Sequence record: SRR31156797_5117
Direction: 5' to 3' (one strand)
DNA: 34,317 nucleotides
The notes under the pieces are model-generated. The model searched no databases and was not told the origin of the DNA. It saw nothing but the letters and a program-made list of their open reading frames with translations. Below are positions 18,001-26,261 of the stretch, piece by piece. Numbering within the stretch: position 1 is the stretch's first letter; each line of letters starts with the position of its first letter. The position numbers and the translations under genes are program-made.

Positions 18001-18990
18001 CTATCGTCCTTTTTTTAACATTTTAGCTGTTTGATCTATTTGATTAATAAAATCTTTTTCAACACGAGATAGATCATTTTTTGTTTTTTCTTTATATATT
18101 AGATATTCTTCATTTGCTTTTTGTATCGCTTTTTCATGACTAATTTTCCCTGAATGGCTCAGTATATCTTTCCCAGTCATTTTTAAAAAATCATCAAGTC
18201 TTTCTATCCAATCTTTCATATACATTGGGGTTTGGCTCATCGCTTGAAGTTCTGCTATTTCAATATATGCCGTTACTATACGATTAAGGATATTTAACTC
18301 TTCTTCATTAAGATAGTTTTTAGCGATACTAGCTTCTTGTTTTGTCGGCTTTAGACCTTTAAAATTAGTAAGTCCCATATTTATTTTAGTTGCGTCTACT
18401 CTTTCATATATGATTTCAGCTGCCGTGTTACCATGAGTTGCCCAGTGCATTTTATTTTGTACTGTTTGAAAAAACTGTATTGAAAGTTCGGCTTTAGGGT
18501 CATAATCAATGCTTGTAGCATAAATATCAAGAACCTTTCTCCAAAACACTTTTTCACTGCTTCGTATATCTCTTATACGAGCTAAAAGCTCCTCAAAATA
18601 GTTTCCACCACCTGCATTTTTAAGAAGCTCATCGTTCATAGTAAAACCTTTTACTATATACTCCTTGAGTCTTGCAGTTGCCCATTGGCGGAACTTTGTA
18701 CCTTGAAGGGATTTGACTCTATAACCTACAGATATGATTACATCGAGATTATAAAAATTTGTAGGCTTGGTAGAAAAATCGGAATTTCCGATTTTTCTCA
18801 TACTACTATCTTTTTCTAGCTCTCCTTCTTTGAAAATATTTAATATATGTTCATTGATAGTTGAGCGACTTTTTTGAAAAAGTTCTCCCATCTGATCAAT
18901 TGTAAGCCAAACAGTTTCATTTTCTAGTCTAGTTTGGATTTTTGTTTGACCGTCTTCTGTTTGGTAAATTAAGATTTGTGAATTGGGCAT
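18001..18990 (-). CDS. RhuM-family (virulence-associated, putative DNA-binding) protein
   Basis: ETVWLT..MGELF, YNLDVIISVGYRVKS, FRQWAT..LKEYIVKGF, RIRDIRSSEK, QNKMHWA..TAAE, AKNYL. Confidence 0.88.
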   Translation of the reverse strand: MPNSQILIYQTEDGQTKIQTRLENETVWLTIDQMGELFQKSRSTINEHILNIFKEGELEKDSSMRKIGNSDFSTKPTNFYNLDVIISVGYRVKSLQGTKFRQWATARLKEYIVKGFTMNDELLKNAGGGNYFEELLARIRDIRSSEKVFWRKVLDIYATSIDYDPKAELSIQFFQTVQNKMHWATHGNTAAEIIYERVDATKINMGLTNFKGLKPTKQEASIAKNYLNEEELNILNRIVTAYIEIAELQAMSQTPMYMKDWIERLDDFLKMTGKDILSHSGKISHEKAIQKANEEYLIYKEKTKNDLSRVEKDFINQIDQTAKMLKKGR

Positions 18991-18996
18991 ATTTAT

Positions 18997-20055
18997 TTAT
19001 CCTAAAAAATTTTCAACTCGTCGTGTAATTTGTTCTTTTGAAAGCCCATTTAATGCTCCATAGACAAGTGCTCCACCAGCTCCAACTCCCTCTTTAGCTT
19101 CCCCCTCATCATAAAGCTTAAGGGCAGGATGCTTACTTAAAGAGAAGTCAAAGTTGGAATAATAGCTATTGATAGGAAAAGAAAGGAACTCTAGTAACCC
19201 TTTGATATCACTATTTTTATCTTCTACAACCCACTTAGTAGTACAAAGAGCAAGGTTAGAAGTCTCGATTTTTCCATCCATCACTTCTAGCATTTTATTG
19301 ACAATAAGAAGCACACAAGCCATTTGTGTACCACCTGCTAGGATAGTTGGGATCTTATTATTAAGTCCTAGGATCAACCCTGCATTAAATATAAGCATAT
19401 TATCACTTACATGTGAGAGTATAGAAAATATATCATCCTCTTTGTTCACATTGTTTAAAGCTTTTTCAATAGTCTGTTCTCTTATATCATTTGGAACCTC
19501 TTTAAAACTACTGCTAAACATCTCTTTTACATTATATCCAAGAGCTAGAGCCGTTGCACATGCTGTTGTAGTACCACTAGGAACTGATTCACTTAGGATG
19601 ATATAATCATCTTCACATTCAAAGTTTTGTCCAAATTCTACCGCTTGTTCAAAAAGCTCTATGGCATTGATATTGGCATCAATATTGATACTTCCACTTG
19701 GGAGTATATTAAAACTATGTTTTTTGACATAGTGGATATTTGGTTGCACTTGTAATCCAAGGTCTAATAACTCTATATTGTTAAAAGGTTTTAAAGTATG
19801 TACTGCACGGGTAAGTAGAGCAGGGGTTGGGACTCCTTTTGGTGTCTCAGCGATATTTTCCAAGCTCCGTACTTCTCCTGTGCAAACAAACTCTGCATCA
19901 AGTGTAGGAGTAAGGTGGATAAGCCCTGGGATTCCCGCTTGGGTGATCCCTACGATATTAGCAGTTGCCGTATTTGACATACTTAGTAAAAATGAAGCAG
20001 ATTTTCCTCGTAAAAATTCTATAAAATCGACTGTTCCAGTAAGCGTTTTTATCAT
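18997..20055 (-). CDS. cobT: Nicotinate-mononucleotide:base phosphoribosyltransferase CobT (TIGR00303-like, archaeal/cyanobacterial type)
   Basis: GITQAG, TPTLDAEF, PTPALLT, ESVPSGTTTA, LAGGTQM, YDEGEAKEGVGAGG. Confidence 0.85.
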   Translation of the reverse strand: MIKTLTGTVDFIEFLRGKSASFLLSMSNTATANIVGITQAGIPGLIHLTPTLDAEFVCTGEVRSLENIAETPKGVPTPALLTRAVHTLKPFNNIELLDLGLQVQPNIHYVKKHSFNILPSGSINIDANINAIELFEQAVEFGQNFECEDDYIILSESVPSGTTTACATALALGYNVKEMFSSSFKEVPNDIREQTIEKALNNVNKEDDIFSILSHVSDNMLIFNAGLILGLNNKIPTILAGGTQMACVLLIVNKMLEVMDGKIETSNLALCTTKWVVEDKNSDIKGLLEFLSFPINSYYSNFDFSLSKHPALKLYDEGEAKEGVGAGGALVYGALNGLSKEQITRRVENFLG

Positions 20056-20822
20056 AGTTTTTTGATCCTTTTTAAAAGTGAATTATAGTCTCTATTATCT
20101 AAATATCTAGTTGTAGCATAATAAAGTAGTGCATATTTCATATAGATTTTAAATTTTTTCAAACCTATCTTTGAATGATAGCTTCTTAGTAATACTTTAA
20201 CCTCTTTATCACTTTTACACCAGTCTATTGCTATAACAGCAAGGTCAAAATGAAAATCCCCATTACAAGCCTCGCTAAAATCGATAATAGCAGATATTTT
20301 GTTATGGTAAAATAGGGAGTTGTCACTAAACAAATCTCCATGAATGATCCCATCATCATTAAGTTTAATATGTAAATTATTATAGATCTTTAAAAGTTTA
20401 ACATTTTTAGTTTTTAATATCAGTTTTTTAAGATATTTTTTTGAAAAGATATTTTTATTGGTGGAGGTTTTATTTTGTGTTCTTTGATGAAATCTCCTTA
20501 GAAATTTCCCAATCTGTTTTATATGTTTAGAGTTGATCTTTTCTAAGCTTTTCCCTTTAGATCTCTTGTAGATAAGAGCATATCTCCCTTTTATTTTTAT
20601 AGGAGTTTGTATAAGTTTAGAGACCTTTAAGTCTTTACAAAGTGTGAGAAGCTTTTGCTCCTCTTTGATATTTGCTAAAGTGCTGTTTTCAAAGAGTTTT
20701 AAAACATATTTATCATCTAAGATATAAACAGTATCACTTACCCCATCTTTTGTTTTTTGGAGTTTTTTGACTTTAAAATAAGGCTTGATATCCTTTTTTG
20801 TAAGCTTTGTTTTAATCCCCAA
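20052..20822 (-). CDS. APH/type II homoserine kinase (ThrB-like) family phosphotransferase
   Basis: Likely TTG start at 20822 (MGIKTKL) after GAGG. GVSDTVY, YVLKLFE, IHGDLFSDN and IIDF kinase motifs; stop overlaps the cobT start (ATGA). Confidence 0.85.
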   Translation of the reverse strand: MGIKTKLTKKDIKPYFKVKKLQKTKDGVSDTVYILDDKYVLKLFENSTLANIKEEQKLLTLCKDLKVSKLIQTPIKIKGRYALIYKRSKGKSLEKINSKHIKQIGKFLRRFHQRTQNKTSTNKNIFSKKYLKKLILKTKNVKLLKIYNNLHIKLNDDGIIHGDLFSDNSLFYHNKISAIIDFSEACNGDFHFDLAVIAIDWCKSDKEVKVLLRSYHSKIGLKKFKIYMKYALLYYATTRYLDNRDYNSLLKRIKKL

Positions 20823-22917
20823 GATTAGCCTCATCCTTTTGTATAAATAGCTGTTCATAGAGGTTTAAATAAGATTTTAGCTGTTTTATATCCTCTTTTT
20901 GCAATCCATCTTCACACCAATCTTTTATGTTCTTAGGAAAGCTTTGTATCAATGGCTCCATTATCTCATCAAATTGTTTTTGCACGATCTTTTCATGTTC
21001 TAGTAAAAGCTTTATATGCGCTATAATAGTGGCACTTTGTACCCCTCTAATATTTGCTATATCTTCAATCGTTTTCCCATCCTCTACTAGCTCTAAAGTA
21101 TCATGGTAGGTTTTAGTGAGTTTTTTCTTTTGTTGTGGTTTAAACTGCTGTGTTAGCTTTAAAAACTGCTCTCCGTACTTCTGCCATTTTGCTTCACCAA
21201 CTCCATTGATAGCTAAAAACTCCTCTTTGGTTTGGGGAAGCTTATCAGAGAGTTCCACTAGTACCTTGTCACTAAAGATAATATAAGGTGCTACTTGTTC
21301 TTCTTGTGCGAGCTTCGTTCGTAAAGCTCTAAACTCTTCAAAGAATTGTGAATATTCTTTAGAACTTGTAGGCTCTTTTTCTTCTTTGTGTACCACACCG
21401 ATCTTATCAATATCGATATCGATTGTATGTTGTCCCTTCATGATCTCTAAGCCATAAGTTGTAAGCTTTATAGCTCTATGATCCCCTAGAGTTAAAGCCT
21501 CTATATCAAAAAGCCTATCAGCTATGGCATCCCATTCATTCTTACTTTTATCTTCACCTATCCCATAAACTGAAAGCTCTTCGTGTCCAAACTGATAGAT
21601 TTTTTTATTTTTAGAACCTCTTAGGATATCTATTAGGTGGTTTTGTCCAAAGGATTGATTTACTCTCATAACAGTTGATAAAAACTTTCTTGCTTCTGTA
21701 GTGATATCTACAGTTTCAACTTCCCCTTTGGTACAATTATCACATTTAGTTCCACAAGGCTCTATACGGTCATCAAAATATGAGGCGATACTTTGGTGCC
21801 TGCAAGTTGAGTTATTGGAAAATAGGTACATTGCATGAAGTTTTTGAGCAAGTATCTGTTTGTATTCAGGATTTTGAATATCATCCATCATAGCAAGTCG
21901 GCTTATCTCATCTGCTTTTGTATATAAAAGTAAGGTCTCACTCTCTAAGCCATCACGTCCCGCACGACCGATCTCTTGGTAGTAGTTTTCTAAAGTTTTT
22001 GGCATAGAAGTATGCACTACAAAGCGGATATTGCTTTTATCTATCCCCATCCCAAAAGCGATCGTTGCTACGACGATATTGACCTCATCGTTTAAAAACT
22101 CTTTATACACATTATGGCGAATCTCATTATTTAACCCTGCATGATACGCTTTTGCTTTAAATCCATGGCTTTGTAAATATTTGGCAACAGATTCGGTTTC
22201 TTTTCGTGTAAACGTATAGACAATCCCCGTTTTATCTTTTTTATCTTTTAAAAATTCAATCAATTGAGCCTGACCATTTCCAACTCTTTTTTGCGTTTTG
22301 ATAGTAAGGTTATCCCTTTTTGTTTGTCCTCGTAATACTAGAGGATCATTTAAAAGTAGGGTGCTTATGATGTTTTCTTGCACTTTAAGCGTTGCAGTTG
22401 CTGTAAATGCTACTACGGGTGTAGTTGGAAAGTTTTGTTTTAAAAGTGCAAGCTTTTGATAATCGGCTCGAAACTCATGCCCCCATTCACTCACACAGTG
22501 AGCTTCATCAATTACAAAAAAAGATATCTTGATCGAGGATAAAAACTCCATAAACCCATAAGCACTAAATCGCTCAGGTGCTACATATAAAAGCTTTATA
22601 TCTCCATTTCTCGCATCTTCAAAGACCTGTGCCACCTCATCATTATTTTGAGAGGAGTTGATCATAGAAGCTTTGATATTATTTGCTCTTAAAGCTACCA
22701 CCTGATCTTGCATAAGTGCAATTAGTGGAGAAATGACTATCGTTAATCCCTCCATCATCAAAGCAGGAAGTTGATAACAAAGGGACTTTCCCGCTCCCGT
22801 TGGGATAATAGTCACAAGATCACGACCACTTAAGATAGTATCGACCGCTTCTTCTTGAAAAGCTCTAAAAGAGTCGTGTCCAAAAACAGTTTTTAGGATT
22901 TCGTGTTTTTGATTCAT
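20812..22917 (-). CDS. recQ: ATP-dependent DNA helicase RecQ with HRDC and a C-terminal HTH extension
   Basis: FGHDSFR..Q, PTGAGKS, DEAHCVSEWGHEFR, TATA, YYQEIGRAGRDG, Zn cysteines (CRHQ, CGTKCDNC), HRDC (APYIIFSDKVL). Confidence 0.96.
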   Translation of the reverse strand: MNQKHEILKTVFGHDSFRAFQEEAVDTILSGRDLVTIIPTGAGKSLCYQLPALMMEGLTIVISPLIALMQDQVVALRANNIKASMINSSQNNDEVAQVFEDARNGDIKLLYVAPERFSAYGFMEFLSSIKISFFVIDEAHCVSEWGHEFRADYQKLALLKQNFPTTPVVAFTATATLKVQENIISTLLLNDPLVLRGQTKRDNLTIKTQKRVGNGQAQLIEFLKDKKDKTGIVYTFTRKETESVAKYLQSHGFKAKAYHAGLNNEIRHNVYKEFLNDEVNIVVATIAFGMGIDKSNIRFVVHTSMPKTLENYYQEIGRAGRDGLESETLLLYTKADEISRLAMMDDIQNPEYKQILAQKLHAMYLFSNNSTCRHQSIASYFDDRIEPCGTKCDNCTKGEVETVDITTEARKFLSTVMRVNQSFGQNHLIDILRGSKNKKIYQFGHEELSVYGIGEDKSKNEWDAIADRLFDIEALTLGDHRAIKLTTYGLEIMKGQHTIDIDIDKIGVVHKEEKEPTSSKEYSQFFEEFRALRTKLAQEEQVAPYIIFSDKVLVELSDKLPQTKEEFLAINGVGEAKWQKYGEQFLKLTQQFKPQQKKKLTKTYHDTLELVEDGKTIEDIANIRGVQSATIIAHIKLLLEHEKIVQKQFDEIMEPLIQSFPKNIKDWCEDGLQKEDIKQLKSYLNLYEQLFIQKDEANLGD

Positions 22918-23027
22918 ATTATTTTATTCCCTTATTTGGTGCTTCTATTATTGATTATCTGATTTTTTGGATAGTTTAACTTAAAATTTTATTTCTTTTT
23001 AAATATATTGCAATATGTCATATTTTA

Positions 23028-23453
23028 CTATTCACTTTTATCTATCTCTTGTAAAAACTGCTCACTCGTCATGATCTCTACACCACACTCATAAAACCCA
23101 CCATCATTACTTAAAAATATATCACAACTATTCTCTTTTGCACAAAGACATTGTAAAACATCTTCTAAGTCAAGGTTTTTTTCTAAAGATATTTGTATGG
23201 AGTCGCTTGTGACCTTAGTTCCAAAAGAGGATATAGTCCATATATTTTGAATATTTTGAAAGAGTTCTAAAACTTGTTGTTTATTTTTGTGGATATAAAA
23301 AATCGTGCTTAGCATATCTTCACTTATTACGATTTCTATCTCATACATTGCTATAAGTCTCCATATAGCAATGGAGTTTTTACTATGAGGTCTTGTGGGG
23401 TCTAAAAAGTCAAGTACTATATTGGTATCTAGATATATTTTATTCCATACCAC
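23028..23453 (-). CDS. PIN-domain (VapC-like) toxin
   Basis: IYLDTNIVLD, DLEDVLQ and IFLSND acidic PIN motifs; start overlaps the upstream gene. Confidence 0.88.
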   Translation of the reverse strand: MVWNKIYLDTNIVLDFLDPTRPHSKNSIAIWRLIAMYEIEIVISEDMLSTIFYIHKNKQQVLELFQNIQNIWTISSFGTKVTSDSIQISLEKNLDLEDVLQCLCAKENSCDIFLSNDGGFYECGVEIMTSEQFLQEIDKSE

Positions 23454-23742
23454 ATTTGGCCTTTGCTACTTCCTCTTTTAAAGCTTTTCCTTCCAATCCT
23501 TTAAATCTATTTTCCATCTCAAACTTACCCGCAAATTGCTCAATAATATCTAAATGCTCTTGGACTCTTCTTTGTTTTTCCTCTTCTAAGTGTTTTTTTA
23601 TAGATTCGGCATATTTTTCACTTACATAGATCCCTTTAGGTTTATGAGTCTTTTTATCTTCAATCTCAAGATAATCATATTCATCGATTAGTTTGGTATT
23701 TCTAGCAAGTTCTCTTAGTCCTATTTTCATTTTTCTTGTCAT
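23440..23742 (-). CDS. Putative antitoxin (Phd/YefM-like N-terminus)
   Basis: 100 aa, charged, N-terminus KIGLRELARN; upstream of and overlapping the PIN gene; AGGAG SD. Confidence 0.7.
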   Translation of the reverse strand: MTRKMKIGLRELARNTKLIDEYDYLEIEDKKTHKPKGIYVSEKYAESIKKHLEEEKQRRVQEHLDIIEQFAGKFEMENRFKGLEGKALKEEVAKAKCGME

Positions 23743-23769
23743 AGTTTACTCCTATATTGTCTTTTGTAG

Positions 23770-23798
23770 ATTATACGATATTAGAAATTTATTGTCAA
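23770..23798 (-). promoter_or_regulatory. Perfect consensus sigma70 promoter of the toxin-antitoxin operon
   Basis: Minus strand reads TTGACA (23798-23793), 17 nt, TATAAT (23775-23770). Confidence 0.85.
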
Positions 23799-23804
23799 AC
23801 TAAA

Positions 23805-24758
23805 TTATTTCCTTCTTTGAATAATGATATAAATAAAAAAAGGCCCACCGATAAATGAAGTCACAACTCCAATAGGAACTTCACTTATTGTTCCAAGGTT
23901 TCTAGCTATGAGATCACAAAGAACTAAAAACACTCCTCCATAAAAAAACACAGGCCAAATAAGCTGATCGCTACTTTGTTTATAGATCATCTTTACAAGG
24001 TGAGGGATAATAAGTCCTATAAATCCAATAGGTCCTACGATACTGACACAAACTCCTACAGCTAAAGATACGGAGATCAAAAGTATAAGATTGATCTTTT
24101 TTATCTCTATCCCTTTTAAAAAGGCATTTTCATATGAGGTAAGTAGGAGTTTAAATTCTGATTTGTATCTTAGGATAAATAGGAGTAAAAGGATAGCTGA
24201 TATACTCATAATATAGACATTATTAAACCCTACGATATTCAGACTTCCCATGGTAAATCGCATAATGGTATAGCTTTGTTGAAAGTCACTGATAAAATAA
24301 AGCACCATTAAAAATGCAGAATAGAAAAAAGATAGAGCAATACCTATCAGAAGTAGTGAGTTTGTTTGAGTCCCTTTGAGTTTACTTGAGAGTAAAAAAA
24401 GGATAATGATCGTTAAAAAAGCTCCTAAAAAACTAAATACATAAGTAAGAAAATAAAGGCTAAGAGGTAAAAAGATGATAGCAACAGCTGCTCCAAGGGT
24501 CGCTCCACTTGCAACCCCTAGGGTAAATGGAGTCGTAAGAGCATTTCTAAATACAGTTTGAAAGATAAGTCCACCAAGGGCTAAGATAGCTCCACTAAAA
24601 AAGGCTATGATGGTTCTTGGGAATCGTAAGTCCCAAAAAAGCATATGGTGAGAATGTTCTGTATTGAAAATATTTGATATATCAATTGATATCTGACCAA
24701 AAAATGGTGAAATAGCTATAATGATCAAAGATAAAAAAAATATAAAATACCGCATCAA
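23805..24758 (-). CDS. btuC: FecCD/BtuC-family ABC permease (cobamide uptake)
   Basis: LRFPRTI, QTVFRNAL..PFTLGVASGA, GPIGFIGLIIPH, VPIGVVTSFIGGPFF; substrate inferred from the cob context. Confidence 0.85.
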   Translation of the reverse strand: MMRYFIFFLSLIIIAISPFFGQISIDISNIFNTEHSHHMLFWDLRFPRTIIAFFSGAILALGGLIFQTVFRNALTTPFTLGVASGATLGAAVAIIFLPLSLYFLTYVFSFLGAFLTIIILFLLSSKLKGTQTNSLLLIGIALSFFYSAFLMVLYFISDFQQSYTIMRFTMGSLNIVGFNNVYIMSISAILLLLFILRYKSEFKLLLTSYENAFLKGIEIKKINLILLISVSLAVGVCVSIVGPIGFIGLIIPHLVKMIYKQSSDQLIWPVFFYGGVFLVLCDLIARNLGTISEVPIGVVTSFIGGPFFIYIIIQRRK

Positions 24759-25453
24759 TAGTTCACCATATAGTATCCATCTATTTGTTTGATAGAGTTT
24801 CCAAAGAATTTTTGTAAATTATTTGGTTCAAAAAACTCTTTAGAACTTCCATCAAATGATACCGTTCCATGGTCTATATTGATGATACGATATCCAAGTT
24901 TATAGGCAAGATTTAGATCGTGAGTGATCACGATATTAAATCTTTTTGTATGGTTTTGTAAGACCTTATATATATTGATCTTTTTATCACTATCAAGATT
25001 TGCTGTAGGTTCATCAAAGATCATATAGATACTATTTTGTAAAAGGGCTGAAGCAAAAAGGAGTAGCTGAGATTCTCCACTACTTAATTGTTTACAGCTT
25101 TTATTTGCTAGATGTTGTATATCTAAAAGTTTCATCACTTTTTCTAATTGATCTTCCTCTATTCCATTAAGAATAGATAGATACAAGTACTCTTTAACAG
25201 AGATATACTCATCAAAAACTTCTAGTTTTGAAGGGATATAGTTTAAAAACTCAGCTCTTTTTTTTGAACTGAGTTTATTAAATGGCGTATCATCTATAAA
25301 AATAGCGTCATTTTCATAGAGTCCTACAATAGCTTTTGCTAAAGTGGTCTTTCCCGCTCCATTGGCTCCAAGGATGGTGATATTTTCATTCTCACACTCA
25401 AAAGAGATATCTTTTAAATACTCTGTTTGGAGCTTATCTATTTTGAGCTTCAA
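24755..25453 (-). CDS. btuD: ABC ATP-binding subunit (BtuD-like)
   Basis: Likely TTG start at 25453 after GAGG; GANGAGKT, LSSGE, FDEPTANLD, ITHDLN. Confidence 0.85.
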   Translation of the reverse strand: MKLKIDKLQTEYLKDISFECENENITILGANGAGKTTLAKAIVGLYENDAIFIDDTPFNKLSSKKRAEFLNYIPSKLEVFDEYISVKEYLYLSILNGIEEDQLEKVMKLLDIQHLANKSCKQLSSGESQLLLFASALLQNSIYMIFDEPTANLDSDKKINIYKVLQNHTKRFNIVITHDLNLAYKLGYRIINIDHGTVSFDGSSKEFFEPNNLQKFFGNSIKQIDGYYMVNY

Positions 25454-26261
25454 GTAAAAATCCTCTAAAATCATCGATAAAGTGTTTGAGTCTATGGCTT
25501 GGAATCCCTGCATATTCATTTGGTTCTACAAAGATGGAGTTGGTTTTGGCTGCATTGATAGGGATATTTTGCCATGGTTTTATGAGTATCTCTTTTGTTA
25601 AGTTTTTATCTTTCATAAATGGACTAATTAAGATCACAATATCAGGATTGAGATGGATGATATTTTCTAGATTTAATACAGGTTGCCCTTTTCTTTTACT
25701 TTGCAGTGCATTTGTATTACCACTAAGGTTAATAATATCATCATAATAAAGGTTTTGTCCTGCCACATATATCTGTTTTGAAAGATCAAGGTTATGTCCA
25801 ATAGCTATCAATATCTTTTTATCTTTTATGATCCCTTTTAAGTTTTCTAACGAAGTATCGATAGAGGAGATGATCTGTGCTGCTTTTTGCTTTTTTTCTA
25901 CGATCTCGCCAATGGTTTTAATAGCATTTTTAATAGAGTCTAGTTTATCTATAGTGATCACTTTTGTCTCTATTCCAAAATGGTTTAATTGTTTTGAGAG
26001 TTCTATACTACTAGTTTGCATGATTACCATATCTGGTTTTAGTGAAAGTATCTTTTCAAGGTTAGGGGAGAAGTATCCCCCAACTTTTTGTTTCTTTTTT
26101 GCTTCTTCTGGATAGGTACAATAGGTAGTATTTCCTACTATTTTATCTCCACTTTCTAGTGCAAATATGATCTCATTGATCGCTGGGCTTAGAGCTATAA
26201 TACGCTCATATCCAAAGAGTTGTAATGAGAGAAAAGATAGTAATAGGAGTTTTTTAATCAT
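25434..26261 (-). CDS. btuF: Periplasmic substrate-binding protein (BtuF-like)
   Basis: Signal peptide; RIIALSPAINEIIFAL, YCTYPEEA, PNLEKILSLKPD. Confidence 0.85.
   Translation of the reverse strand: MIKKLLLLSFLSLQLFGYERIIALSPAINEIIFALESGDKIVGNTTYCTYPEEAKKKQKVGGYFSPNLEKILSLKPDMVIMQTSSIELSKQLNHFGIETKVITIDKLDSIKNAIKTIGEIVEKKQKAAQIISSIDTSLENLKGIIKDKKILIAIGHNLDLSKQIYVAGQNLYYDDIINLSGNTNALQSKRKGQPVLNLENIIHLNPDIVILISPFMKDKNLTKEILIKPWQNIPINAAKTNSIFVEPNEYAGIPSHRLKHFIDDFRGFLLEAQNR

Noticed and set aside
19169-20065. Plus-strand ORFs opposite cobT, and other short ORFs nested in or opposite long genes
   Set aside because: They overlap well-supported genes, lack SDs or motifs, and look like shadow frames.
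23005-23016. 12-bp palindrome ATATTGCAATAT upstream of recQ
   Set aside because: AT-rich and plausible by chance; no second copy noticed.
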